Source: an uncultured Candidatus Saccharibacteria bacterium
GTDB taxonomy: Bacteria > Patescibacteriota > Minisyncoccia > Phycocordibacterales > UBA9973
Direction of reading: 5' to 3'
Length of the DNA stretch: 64,000 nt
Assembly: GCA_964505155.1 (NCBI GenBank)
Contig: CAZDGL010000003.1
Location: forward strand, 5,728 to 69,727
How positions within the stretch are numbered: the first letter of the stretch is position 1; every line of letters begins with the position of its first letter. The notes under the pieces are model-generated. The model was not told where the DNA came from. It did not search any database and saw nothing but the letters and a program-made list of their open reading frames with translations. A program made the position numbers and the translations under genes. Below, piece by piece: positions 25,750 to 33,789 of this stretch.

Positions 25750-27210
25750 ATGGCACAGGAACAGAAGAAGTTTGAAAATGCAATTACCCCTCGATCTGAG
25801 GATTATTCGCAATGGTACTTAGATATTATAGCTGCGGCTGATTTGGCTGAATACGCGCCTGTAAAAGGCTGTATGATTATAAAGCCTTACGGCTACGCTA
25901 TCTGGGAACAGGTACAAAAAGTACTTGATGAAGAATTCAAAACTAAAGGAGTTCAAAATGCATATTTCCCACTACTAATTCCTGAGAAACTATTAAAGAG
26001 AGAAGAACAACATGTCGAAGGTTTTGCACCAGAGGTTGCTGTTGTAACACATGCGGGAGGAGAGAAACTAGATGAGCCTTATGTGATTCGTCCGACATCA
26101 GAAACTATTATGTATGAAGTATTTTCAGGATGGGTACACTCATATCGAGATTTACCTTTATTAATAAATCAATGGGCCAATGTTGTTCGCTGGGAACTTA
26201 GAACAAAACCATTTCTTCGCACTACAGAATTTTTGTGGCAAGAAGGTCATACTGTACATAAAACTCTTGAAGAAGCTGATGCTTTTGCAAGAGAAATGTC
26301 AGAAGTTTACGAAAAATTTGCTAGAAACTATATGGCTATACCGGTAATTCGTGGAGCAAAATCAGATGCAGAGAGATTTGCAGGTGCTCACACTACATAT
26401 ACTTGTGAGGCTATGATGCAGGACGGAAAAGCTCTTCAATATGCAACTTCACATAATCTTGGAGATAACTTTGCAAAAGCATTTAATATTCAGTTTTTAA
26501 ATGAACAAAATGAACTTGTTTACGGCTATCAAACTAGCTGGGGGCTTTCGACTCGTTCTATAGGAGGTCTGATAATGACCCATAGTGATGATAAGGGTCT
26601 TGTACTACCACCTAAGATGGCCTCTATAAAAGTGGTTATTATTCCGATCTTTAAAGAAGAGACAAAGACTGAAGTTTTACCTGTAGCTGTTCTTTTGAAA
26701 GAGAAATTGGAAAAGACTTTGGGAGTAAGAGCTGTTCATGTTGACGATAGAGAGAACTTAAGAATGGGTGAAAAAATATATGAATGGGAAAAGAAGGGTG
26801 TTCCAGTTAGAATCGAAATAGGTCCTAAGGATATAGAAAAAGAAGAATTTGTTTTATCAAGACGAGATACAGGAGAGAAAGAAGGTATAAAATACAATAA
26901 TGATACTTTTGGTGAAGCGGTAGAAGATATTCTGGAGAGAATCCAAAACAGCCTTCTTGAGGTTGCAGAAAAAAGGTTAAAAGAAAATACAGTCGATGTG
27001 GATTCTTGGGAAGAATTTATTTCTTCAATTGAGGCAGGGAAATTTGTTCTTGCTCATTGGGATGGTACAGGTAAAACTGAAAAAATAATCAAAGAAGAAA
27101 CAGGTGCAACTATTCGCTGTGTTCCATTTAATATGAAAGAAGAAACAGGTGCTTGTGTGAAAACAGGAGCGCTATCAAAAGGTCGAGTCTTATTTGCTAG
27201 AGCATATTAA
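25750..27210 (+). CDS. proS: Prolyl-tRNA synthetase, archaeal/eukaryotic-type (no INS editing domain, C-terminal Zn-binding domain ending ...FARAY)
   Basis: Class II aaRS motifs; 486 aa; C-terminal RVLFARAY terminus is characteristic of the eukaryotic/archaeal-like ProRS type. Confidence 0.9.
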   Translation: MAQEQKKFENAITPRSEDYSQWYLDIIAAADLAEYAPVKGCMIIKPYGYAIWEQVQKVLDEEFKTKGVQNAYFPLLIPEKLLKREEQHVEGFAPEVAVVTHAGGEKLDEPYVIRPTSETIMYEVFSGWVHSYRDLPLLINQWANVVRWELRTKPFLRTTEFLWQEGHTVHKTLEEADAFAREMSEVYEKFARNYMAIPVIRGAKSDAERFAGAHTTYTCEAMMQDGKALQYATSHNLGDNFAKAFNIQFLNEQNELVYGYQTSWGLSTRSIGGLIMTHSDDKGLVLPPKMASIKVVIIPIFKEETKTEVLPVAVLLKEKLEKTLGVRAVHVDDRENLRMGEKIYEWEKKGVPVRIEIGPKDIEKEEFVLSRRDTGEKEGIKYNNDTFGEAVEDILERIQNSLLEVAEKRLKENTVDVDSWEEFISSIEAGKFVLAHWDGTGKTEKIIKEETGATIRCVPFNMKEETGACVKTGALSKGRVLFARAY

Positions 27211-27215
27211 AATAC

Positions 27216-28262
27216 ATGTTCAAAAAGCTCTACAGTAGATTTTCAAATGATATAGGTATAGATCTAGGTACTGCAAATACCTTGGTGTATTTGCGTGGCG
27301 CTGGAACTGTTATCAACGAACCTTCGATAGTAGCGCTCAATCAAAAAACCGGACAAATAGTAGCCATAGGTAGGGAAGCCAAAAAGATGGATGGCAAAAC
27401 TCCAGCGCATATTTCGATAGTGAGACCTCTTGTAGAAGGTGTGGTTTCTGACTTTGAGGTTACCGAAGAGATGCTTGCTTATTTTATAAGAAAGGTAGAA
27501 AAGATGAACAAAAAGTTTTTTCGCCCAAGAGTTATCGTGGGAGTGCCAAGTGGTATCACCAACGTCGAGATGCGCGCTGTTTATGACGCAGCTATCAATG
27601 CTGGAGCCAGAGAAGTTTTTTTGGTCGAAGAAGCGATGTCGGCTGCTATCGGAGTGCGTTTACCAGTACTTTCTTCGACAGCGTCTTTGGTGGTAGACAT
27701 AGGAGGTGGAACGACAGATATTGCTCTTATCTCTTTGGGCGGGATAGTTAGATCGCTCAACCTGAAAGTTGCTGGAGACCACTTCAATGCTCGAATTATA
27801 GAGTATTTGCGAGATGAATTTAAGCTCCTCATTGGTGAACAAACAGCTGAGCAGGTCAAGATGGCTATTGGTTCAGCGATAGAGACAGACTACGCTGAGA
27901 TAGAGGTGCGTGGTCGAGATTTGATCACAGGACTTCCTAGAGCGCTTGTAGTTACCGATGGAGACATTAGAGAGGCTTTGGCATATCCGGTTTCTCTTAT
28001 TGTCGCAGGTATTCGAGAGGTTTTGGAAACTGCTCCTCCAGAGATGCTCGTAGATATCATCTCTAGTGGAGTTATTTTGACAGGTGGTGGAGCACTTCTA
28101 AAGGGCTTGCCACAACTACTTGGCCAAGAGTTGAAGCTTCCTATATATATAGCTGAAGATCCTCTCTCGGCTGTAGTGCGAGGTACCGGTATAATACTAG
28201 AGTCGTTTGAAGAATATAAAAGCGCACTCCTTTCTATAGAAGACCATGTCACAGTTTCGTAA
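27216..28262 (+). CDS. mreB: Rod shape-determining actin homolog MreB
   Basis: IGIDLGTANTLVY phosphate-1 motif and DIGGGTTDIA phosphate-2 motif; 348 aa. Confidence 0.9.
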   Translation: MFKKLYSRFSNDIGIDLGTANTLVYLRGAGTVINEPSIVALNQKTGQIVAIGREAKKMDGKTPAHISIVRPLVEGVVSDFEVTEEMLAYFIRKVEKMNKKFFRPRVIVGVPSGITNVEMRAVYDAAINAGAREVFLVEEAMSAAIGVRLPVLSSTASLVVDIGGGTTDIALISLGGIVRSLNLKVAGDHFNARIIEYLRDEFKLLIGEQTAEQVKMAIGSAIETDYAEIEVRGRDLITGLPRALVVTDGDIREALAYPVSLIVAGIREVLETAPPEMLVDIISSGVILTGGGALLKGLPQLLGQELKLPIYIAEDPLSAVVRGTGIILESFEEYKSALLSIEDHVTVS

Positions 28263-28983
28263 AAACAAAAGTATAAATTGGAAATTTATCATTTTTTTAA
28301 TCATCTGTTTTTTTATTTTTTGGTTTTTGTTTTCTTGGATTAGAAAGTTTAGGGGAATAAGCACCCCTGTTTATAGTGATGTAGTTTCTCTTGCTCTCGA
28401 GTCCAAACAGTCTTTGGTCAAAAAGGTCACAGCGCTTCAAAGCTCTCTTGATGCCCAAAGTGCCTCTCTTAGTACTCTCTCTAGTTTACAAAAAGAAAAT
28501 GAAGATTTAAAAAAAGAGCTCGGTAGAGAAGATCATGTCAGTGGAACATTGGCCAGAGTTGTTGTGCCACCAAATCGCTCTATTTATGACACACTCGTTT
28601 TAGATGTCGGAGAGAAGCACAATATCACTGTTGGGCAAAAAGTATACGCTTTTGGCGCTATAGCTCTTGGGACTATCTCTGAGGTCTCAGAAAATTCTTC
28701 TGTTGTGCTTTTGTATAGTTCTCCAAACAGAGAGACAGTCGGGTCTGTATCGGGAAGTGATTTAAATATTACACTCATCGGCCGAGGCTCTGGTGAATAC
28801 GAAGTTCGCATGCCTAGAGATATAGCCTTTAGTGAAGGAAGTGTGATCACAGACCAGTCTCTTGCACTGTACCCGATAGCAACTATCCAAAAGATAATCA
28901 CTGATCCCCGTGATCCATTCCAAAGACTCCTTGCCAAGGCACCAGTAAATTTGCAGACACTTAAGTGGGTAATAATTAAATAA
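28246..28983 (+). CDS. mreC: Rod shape-determining protein MreC (probable)
   Basis: Overlaps the mreB stop; N-terminal TM, coiled-coil segment, then beta-rich periplasmic domain. Position and architecture fit MreC. Confidence 0.55.
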   Translation: MSQFRKNKSINWKFIIFLIICFFIFWFLFSWIRKFRGISTPVYSDVVSLALESKQSLVKKVTALQSSLDAQSASLSTLSSLQKENEDLKKELGREDHVSGTLARVVVPPNRSIYDTLVLDVGEKHNITVGQKVYAFGAIALGTISEVSENSSVVLLYSSPNRETVGSVSGSDLNITLIGRGSGEYEVRMPRDIAFSEGSVITDQSLALYPIATIQKIITDPRDPFQRLLAKAPVNLQTLKWVIIK

Positions 28984-29051
28984 AAACTAAGGTGATATTT
29001 TTCCTGCGGATGCCTACGCAGAGTCCTCGGTGCAAATATCACCTTAGTTTT
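28983..29051. repeat. Perfect 18-bp inverted repeat (aaaactaaggtgatattt / aaatatcaccttagtttt) enclosing a 33-nt GC-rich spacer with its own hairpin (ctgcg...cgcag)
   Basis: The arms are exact reverse complements (19 bp if flanking a/t is included). Lies between the mreC stop and the tgt start; no T-run follows. Confidence 0.7.
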
Positions 29052-29082
29052 TATAGTTTCAAAATTATGGTAAGTTGTATTT

Positions 29083-30270
29083 ATGAAATTCTCTATTGAG
29101 AAAAAGTTAGAAGGTACTCTTGCGCGAGCGGGGATGATAGAAACCAAAAATGGAGTTATACAAACACCAGCTTTTGTGACTGTGGGGACAAAGGCAACAG
29201 TCAAGGCTTTGACCGCTGAGCAGATACGAAGCTTGGGAGCTCAGGTGGTGCTTGCCAACACTTATCACCTATATCTTCAGCCTGGCACTGACATTGTCGA
29301 AAAGGCTGGAGGCTTTGGTCCTTTTATGGATTGGCATGGTCCGACAATGACTGACTCTGGAGGTTTCCAAGCTTTTTCTCTGGGTGCTGCTTTTGGTACA
29401 GCCGTATCCAAGGTGGCTTCCGCTGATGCACCTGTTGAAGATATTTCGCTTACTGCAGGACAGCTTGCAAATGTAACTGATGAAGGTGTGACTTTCAAAA
29501 GCCATATTGATGGATCTATGCATCTATTTACACCAGAGAGTTCTATGGAAGCACAATGGTCTCTCGGTGCTGATATGATATTTGCTTTTGATGAATGTAC
29601 TAGCCCAACTGCTCCTTATGAATATCAAAAGAAATCTTTGGCTCGCACACATGAGTGGGCTAAGCGTTGTCTCTCAAGACACAATGAATTGGATATCGAA
29701 AATAAACAAGCATTATTTGGTGTTGTACAAGGTGGAAGACATCAAGATCTCCGTGAAGAAGCGGCAAGAACTATTGGCGCGCTCAATTTTGACGGTTTTG
29801 GTATCGGAGGCTCTTTTACCAAGGACGATATTGCGACTGCCGTTTCTTGGGTCAACAAAATATTGCCAGAAGATAAGCCAAGGCATTTGCTAGGAATAGG
29901 AGAACCTAGGGATCTTTTTGATGCAGTAGAAGCCGGATGTGATCTCTTTGACTGCATCGCTCCGACTCGTATGGGCAGGCACGGCACACTACACACTCAT
30001 GATGGTAGGCTCAATATCAGAAATGCAAAGTTTGTCGAAGATTTTTCCACTATAGAAAAAAACTGCACTTGCTATACATGTACTCATCATAGTCGTGCTT
30101 ATCTAGCTCATCTCTTTCGCGCAGATGAGATGACGGCTGCAACTTTGGCTTCCATTCACAATATTCATTTTATACTTAGACTTGTTGAACAGATGCGAGA
30201 GGCTATTTTGGACGGGACATTTCTAGAATTTAAAAAAGAATTTTGCTCTCGATACTATAAAGGAGTATAA
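29083..30270 (+). CDS. tgt: Queuine tRNA-ribosyltransferase (tRNA-guanine transglycosylase)
   Basis: VQTPAFVTVGTKATVKAL...ANTYHLYLQPG matches the Tgt N-terminus; Zn-site CTCYTC...H near the C-terminus. Confidence 0.85.
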   Translation: MKFSIEKKLEGTLARAGMIETKNGVIQTPAFVTVGTKATVKALTAEQIRSLGAQVVLANTYHLYLQPGTDIVEKAGGFGPFMDWHGPTMTDSGGFQAFSLGAAFGTAVSKVASADAPVEDISLTAGQLANVTDEGVTFKSHIDGSMHLFTPESSMEAQWSLGADMIFAFDECTSPTAPYEYQKKSLARTHEWAKRCLSRHNELDIENKQALFGVVQGGRHQDLREEAARTIGALNFDGFGIGGSFTKDDIATAVSWVNKILPEDKPRHLLGIGEPRDLFDAVEAGCDLFDCIAPTRMGRHGTLHTHDGRLNIRNAKFVEDFSTIEKNCTCYTCTHHSRAYLAHLFRADEMTAATLASIHNIHFILRLVEQMREAILDGTFLEFKKEFCSRYYKGV

Positions 30271-30280
30271 TATTTATCAT

Positions 30281-30409
30281 ATGACACTTAGAAAAACCTT
30301 GATTTATTTTTTGATATTTACTTCTATCGCGTCTTTATTTGCTTATAAAATAATAGTTAAAGCTTACGGCAATGATTCTATGTACGATATAGAAAAGCTC
30401 AAAAGCTAG
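30281..30409 (+). CDS. Possible 42-aa single-TM micropeptide (MTLRKTLIYFLIFTSIASLFAYKIIVKAYGNDSMYDIEKLKS)
   Basis: ATG-initiated, hydrophobic core, falls in the tgt-uvrB gap; below the ORF-track length cutoff. Confidence 0.2.
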   Translation: MTLRKTLIYFLIFTSIASLFAYKIIVKAYGNDSMYDIEKLKS

Positions 30410-30446
30410 CTTCCTAAGATAGTCTTTTGCTATTATACTGACTCTT

Positions 30447-32525
30447 ATGGATAAGTTTGAGCTTATTAGTGATTTTGCCCCCGGTGGAGATCAGCCTACT
30501 GCTATCAAGGGCTTACTTTCTGGTCTCAAAAAAGGGCTTAAAATGCAAACCCTTCTCGGAGCTACAGGAACAGGAAAGACTTTTACTATGGCCAATATCA
30601 TCGCCGAAGTGCAAAAGCCCACTCTTATCATCGCTCACAACAAAACCCTCGCCGCACAGCTCGCTAGTGAGTTCAAAAGCTTTTTTCCAAACAATGCCGT
30701 TCATTATTTTGTTTCTTATTATGATTACTACCAACCAGAAGCGTACTTACCAACAACTGATACTTATATAGAAAAAGATGCGCAGATCAACAAAGAGATA
30801 GATAGACTTCGCCATGCAACCACACAAAGCCTTTTGACTCGCAAAGATGTGATTATTGTTGCATCAGTATCATGTATTTATGGTCTTGGTTCTCCAATAG
30901 AGTATGAACGGGTGAATTTCAAAATAGAAAAAGGTATGACACTTTCTCGTACTGAAGCGATGCAAAGACTCATCGGTATTCACTATGAGCGTACAAATGC
31001 TGACCTTTCGCCAGCACAGTTTCGAGCGCTTGGAAATACAGTTGAAATAATGCCTGTTTCTGAGACAGTTCAGTATCGAGTCTTGTTCTCAGGCAACAAA
31101 GTAGAAGAAATATTAAAGATAGATCCAGTATCATCTCGCATTTTACAAGAAGAAGACCATGTGTTTATCTTCCCAGCCAAGCACTTCATCACCGCTGAAG
31201 ATCAAAAAGAAAAAGCAGTCAAAGCTATAGCCGATGAGTTAAAAGTTCAGCTCGCTTATTTTGAAAAAGAAGGCAAGCTCCTCGAAGCTGAACGTCTTAA
31301 ACGTCGCACTAGTTATGATATGGCGATGATCAAAGAGATGGGGTATTGTTCAGGGATAGAAAACTATTCTAGGTTACTCTCTGGCAAAAAAGCAGGCGAA
31401 CCACCAGAGACATTGCTTTCATATTTCCCACACTCTAAAAACGGGGAACCAGAATTTCTTTTGTTTATCGATGAGAGTCATGTGACTTTGCCACAACTCG
31501 GAGCTATGTACGCCGGAGACGCATCGCGCAAACAAACTCTTGTGGACTTTGGATTTCGCCTTCCTAGCGCCAAAGACAACAGACCACTTAAGTTTGAAGA
31601 GTTCAAAGAGCGTATCGGTCAGACTATTTTTGTTTCAGCTACACCAGGGAAAAACGAAGCCGAGCTAAGCGAACAAACAGTAGAGCAAATCATTCGCCCA
31701 ACAGGACTTGTTGACCCAGAAGTTGTTGTGCGCCCTATTCTTGAAGATGGAGACTACCAAGGGCAAGTTCAAGATTTTATCAACGAATCTGTTGCTGAGA
31801 TCAAAAAAGGTGGTCGAGTACTAGCGACTACTTTAACCAAAAAAATGGCTGAAGATTTGTCAGCCTATCTTAAGGATAAAGGGGTCAAAGCTGAATACAT
31901 GCACAGTGATATCAAGACGATAGAGCGCATACAAATCATCACTAAGTTTCGTAAAGGAGCCTTTGATGTGCTTGTTGGGGTCAACTTGCTTCGAGAAGGA
32001 CTCGATATGCCGGAAGTTTCTCTCATCGGTATACTTGATGCTGACAAAGAAGGCTTTTTGCGTAGTGAAGTCTCTCTTATTCAGACTATCGGTCGTGCTG
32101 CACGCAATGCCAATGGCCGAGTGATTCTTTACGCTGATCAGATAACAGGTTCCATGGAGCGAGCTATGGGAGAGACTAAGCGTCGTCGTGATGTGCAACT
32201 TGCCTACAACAAAAAACACGGTATCACTCCGATGACTATTTCAAAAGCTATCAATGACATCACTCAAGGCATGGAAAGTGATCACTCAAAAGCTGTGAAT
32301 GCAGAGCTTGCTCTCGATATGGAAATATTTAAAGCGATTGAACAAGGAAGTAAGAGAAGCTCGCCCCGCAGTAGGCGTGGGAAAAATCCTATTGAGAAAT
32401 TGATAGCTCTCAAAGAAGCTGAAATGAAAGAGGCAGTAAAAGTCTTAGACTTTGAAACAGCAGCAATATTAAGAGATGAAATCGGAGTACTCAAAGAAAA
32501 AACTTATATAAATCCAGAAAAATAA
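30447..32525 (+). CDS. uvrB: Excinuclease ABC subunit B
   Basis: GATGTGKTFTMANII Walker A, helicase motifs, C-terminal UvrB/UvrC interaction coiled coil; 692 aa. Confidence 0.95.
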   Translation: MDKFELISDFAPGGDQPTAIKGLLSGLKKGLKMQTLLGATGTGKTFTMANIIAEVQKPTLIIAHNKTLAAQLASEFKSFFPNNAVHYFVSYYDYYQPEAYLPTTDTYIEKDAQINKEIDRLRHATTQSLLTRKDVIIVASVSCIYGLGSPIEYERVNFKIEKGMTLSRTEAMQRLIGIHYERTNADLSPAQFRALGNTVEIMPVSETVQYRVLFSGNKVEEILKIDPVSSRILQEEDHVFIFPAKHFITAEDQKEKAVKAIADELKVQLAYFEKEGKLLEAERLKRRTSYDMAMIKEMGYCSGIENYSRLLSGKKAGEPPETLLSYFPHSKNGEPEFLLFIDESHVTLPQLGAMYAGDASRKQTLVDFGFRLPSAKDNRPLKFEEFKERIGQTIFVSATPGKNEAELSEQTVEQIIRPTGLVDPEVVVRPILEDGDYQGQVQDFINESVAEIKKGGRVLATTLTKKMAEDLSAYLKDKGVKAEYMHSDIKTIERIQIITKFRKGAFDVLVGVNLLREGLDMPEVSLIGILDADKEGFLRSEVSLIQTIGRAARNANGRVILYADQITGSMERAMGETKRRRDVQLAYNKKHGITPMTISKAINDITQGMESDHSKAVNAELALDMEIFKAIEQGSKRSSPRSRRGKNPIEKLIALKEAEMKEAVKVLDFETAAILRDEIGVLKEKTYINPEK

Positions 32526-32546
32526 AAACCGAAAATATCGGTTTTT
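32525..32546 (+). terminator. Rho-independent terminator after uvrB
   Basis: Hairpin aaaaccga-aaata-tcggtttt overlapping a T-run, immediately after the stop. Confidence 0.55.
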
Positions 32547-32786
32547 AGGAGGCGATTAGAAGTTTTTCTTCATTTACTTATAAGAGAAAAACTAATAAAA
32601 ACATAACCGTTTACAATACTGTTTACTTTGTTTTTACATATAACTCTTGTGTGCCGTATTTGCAGAGCTATTAACTGGTTTTTATTTTTAAACTAAGCAA
32701 ACCAAGATATCTTAGTCATCCCCAAAGATTTACTTTATTTGGAGAACCATAAATTTAAAATTCGCCTCCTTCTGTTAGATTTTATA

Positions 32787-33758
32787 CTACCTTCTTTTTA
32801 AAAGATAGTCCAAACTCCAAGGACCGGCGCCGGTGATAAATAGGGCAGAGAGCACGCCAAAGAGTGTGACGTGTGAGTAGACCTCTTCTTTGAAGAAGAA
32901 AAATGTAGTCATAAGTACTACAAATGCCACAGCAGTTACAAGACGAGTTTGAAATCCGATAAGGATGAAGAGTCCAACAGCGAGTTCTATCATTCCGACA
33001 GCAAAGACCCACATAGCTGCTCCGACTGGGATGATATTGTCGAGTCCGTATTTGACGACAACAAGATCAGAAACATGAGGGTTCAATACTTTTTCATAAA
33101 GAGATAAAAAGACAAGAGCGCCTCCGATACCAAGACGAAGTAAGAGTGGGACGTATTTTTTGAATCTATCTGTTTTGATATGTGGCACGCCAAAGAGATC
33201 ATCAAGTCCAGGACGCATACTTCCTAAAATAAGCAGAGAGATAAGTGCTGAGGCTAGTTCTAGATTGCCAGCGATATAAAAGCTTTGTGAAAGCGCTACC
33301 ACGTAAAGCACTAAGGCGATTATTGCGCTCGGTACAACCAAAAATCCAGCCAAGAGTGCAAATCCTACTATCAGTTGTATGGCAGAAAATGCTCCAACCT
33401 GCAAAACGGGTGAGATAAGTACGTGTGCAACTGATGCACCTATCAAAGCTATTCCCAAAGATAGTCGCAAAATCCAAGGCACGTATTCGTCATATGTATC
33501 AAGGCGAGCTCTTAGAGCAATGATACGGTTGCGAATAGGTTTTATTTTCCAAGCTAGAAAATAAAGTACAAACACTCCTACCAAGGTAGCAAGTATCATC
33601 AAAATATTGTTTTTATTTGAAAGGGGAGAAAAAAAGTATGAACTATCACGGCCTAGACTTGCACTAAAGTCTGATTGCCCGACTACGTACCCGACATGAG
33701 CATAAGCTTTGCTAGTAAAATTACTAAAGATTGAAAGTAACAAAAAAATAATATTCAT
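32787..33758 (-). CDS. Polytopic integral membrane protein (about 8 TM; DoxX-like?)
   Basis: Signal/TM start MNIIFLLLSIFSNFTSKAYA at the ATG at 33758; the longer track ORF (to 33953) has a non-protein-like N-extension. Repeated hydrophobic helices. Confidence 0.5.
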   Translation of the reverse strand: MNIIFLLLSIFSNFTSKAYAHVGYVVGQSDFSASLGRDSSYFFSPLSNKNNILMILATLVGVFVLYFLAWKIKPIRNRIIALRARLDTYDEYVPWILRLSLGIALIGASVAHVLISPVLQVGAFSAIQLIVGFALLAGFLVVPSAIIALVLYVVALSQSFYIAGNLELASALISLLILGSMRPGLDDLFGVPHIKTDRFKKYVPLLLRLGIGGALVFLSLYEKVLNPHVSDLVVVKYGLDNIIPVGAAMWVFAVGMIELAVGLFILIGFQTRLVTAVAFVVLMTTFFFFKEEVYSHVTLFGVLSALFITGAGPWSLDYLLKRR

Positions 33759-33789
33759 ATGTTTTAGTATATAACGCTTTAGCTTAAAT

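Noticed and set aside
28584-29204. 206-aa minus-strand ORF spanning mreC 3' end, the inverted repeat and the tgt start
   Set aside because: Crosses an intergenic palindrome and two well-supported plus-strand genes; composition is not protein-like.
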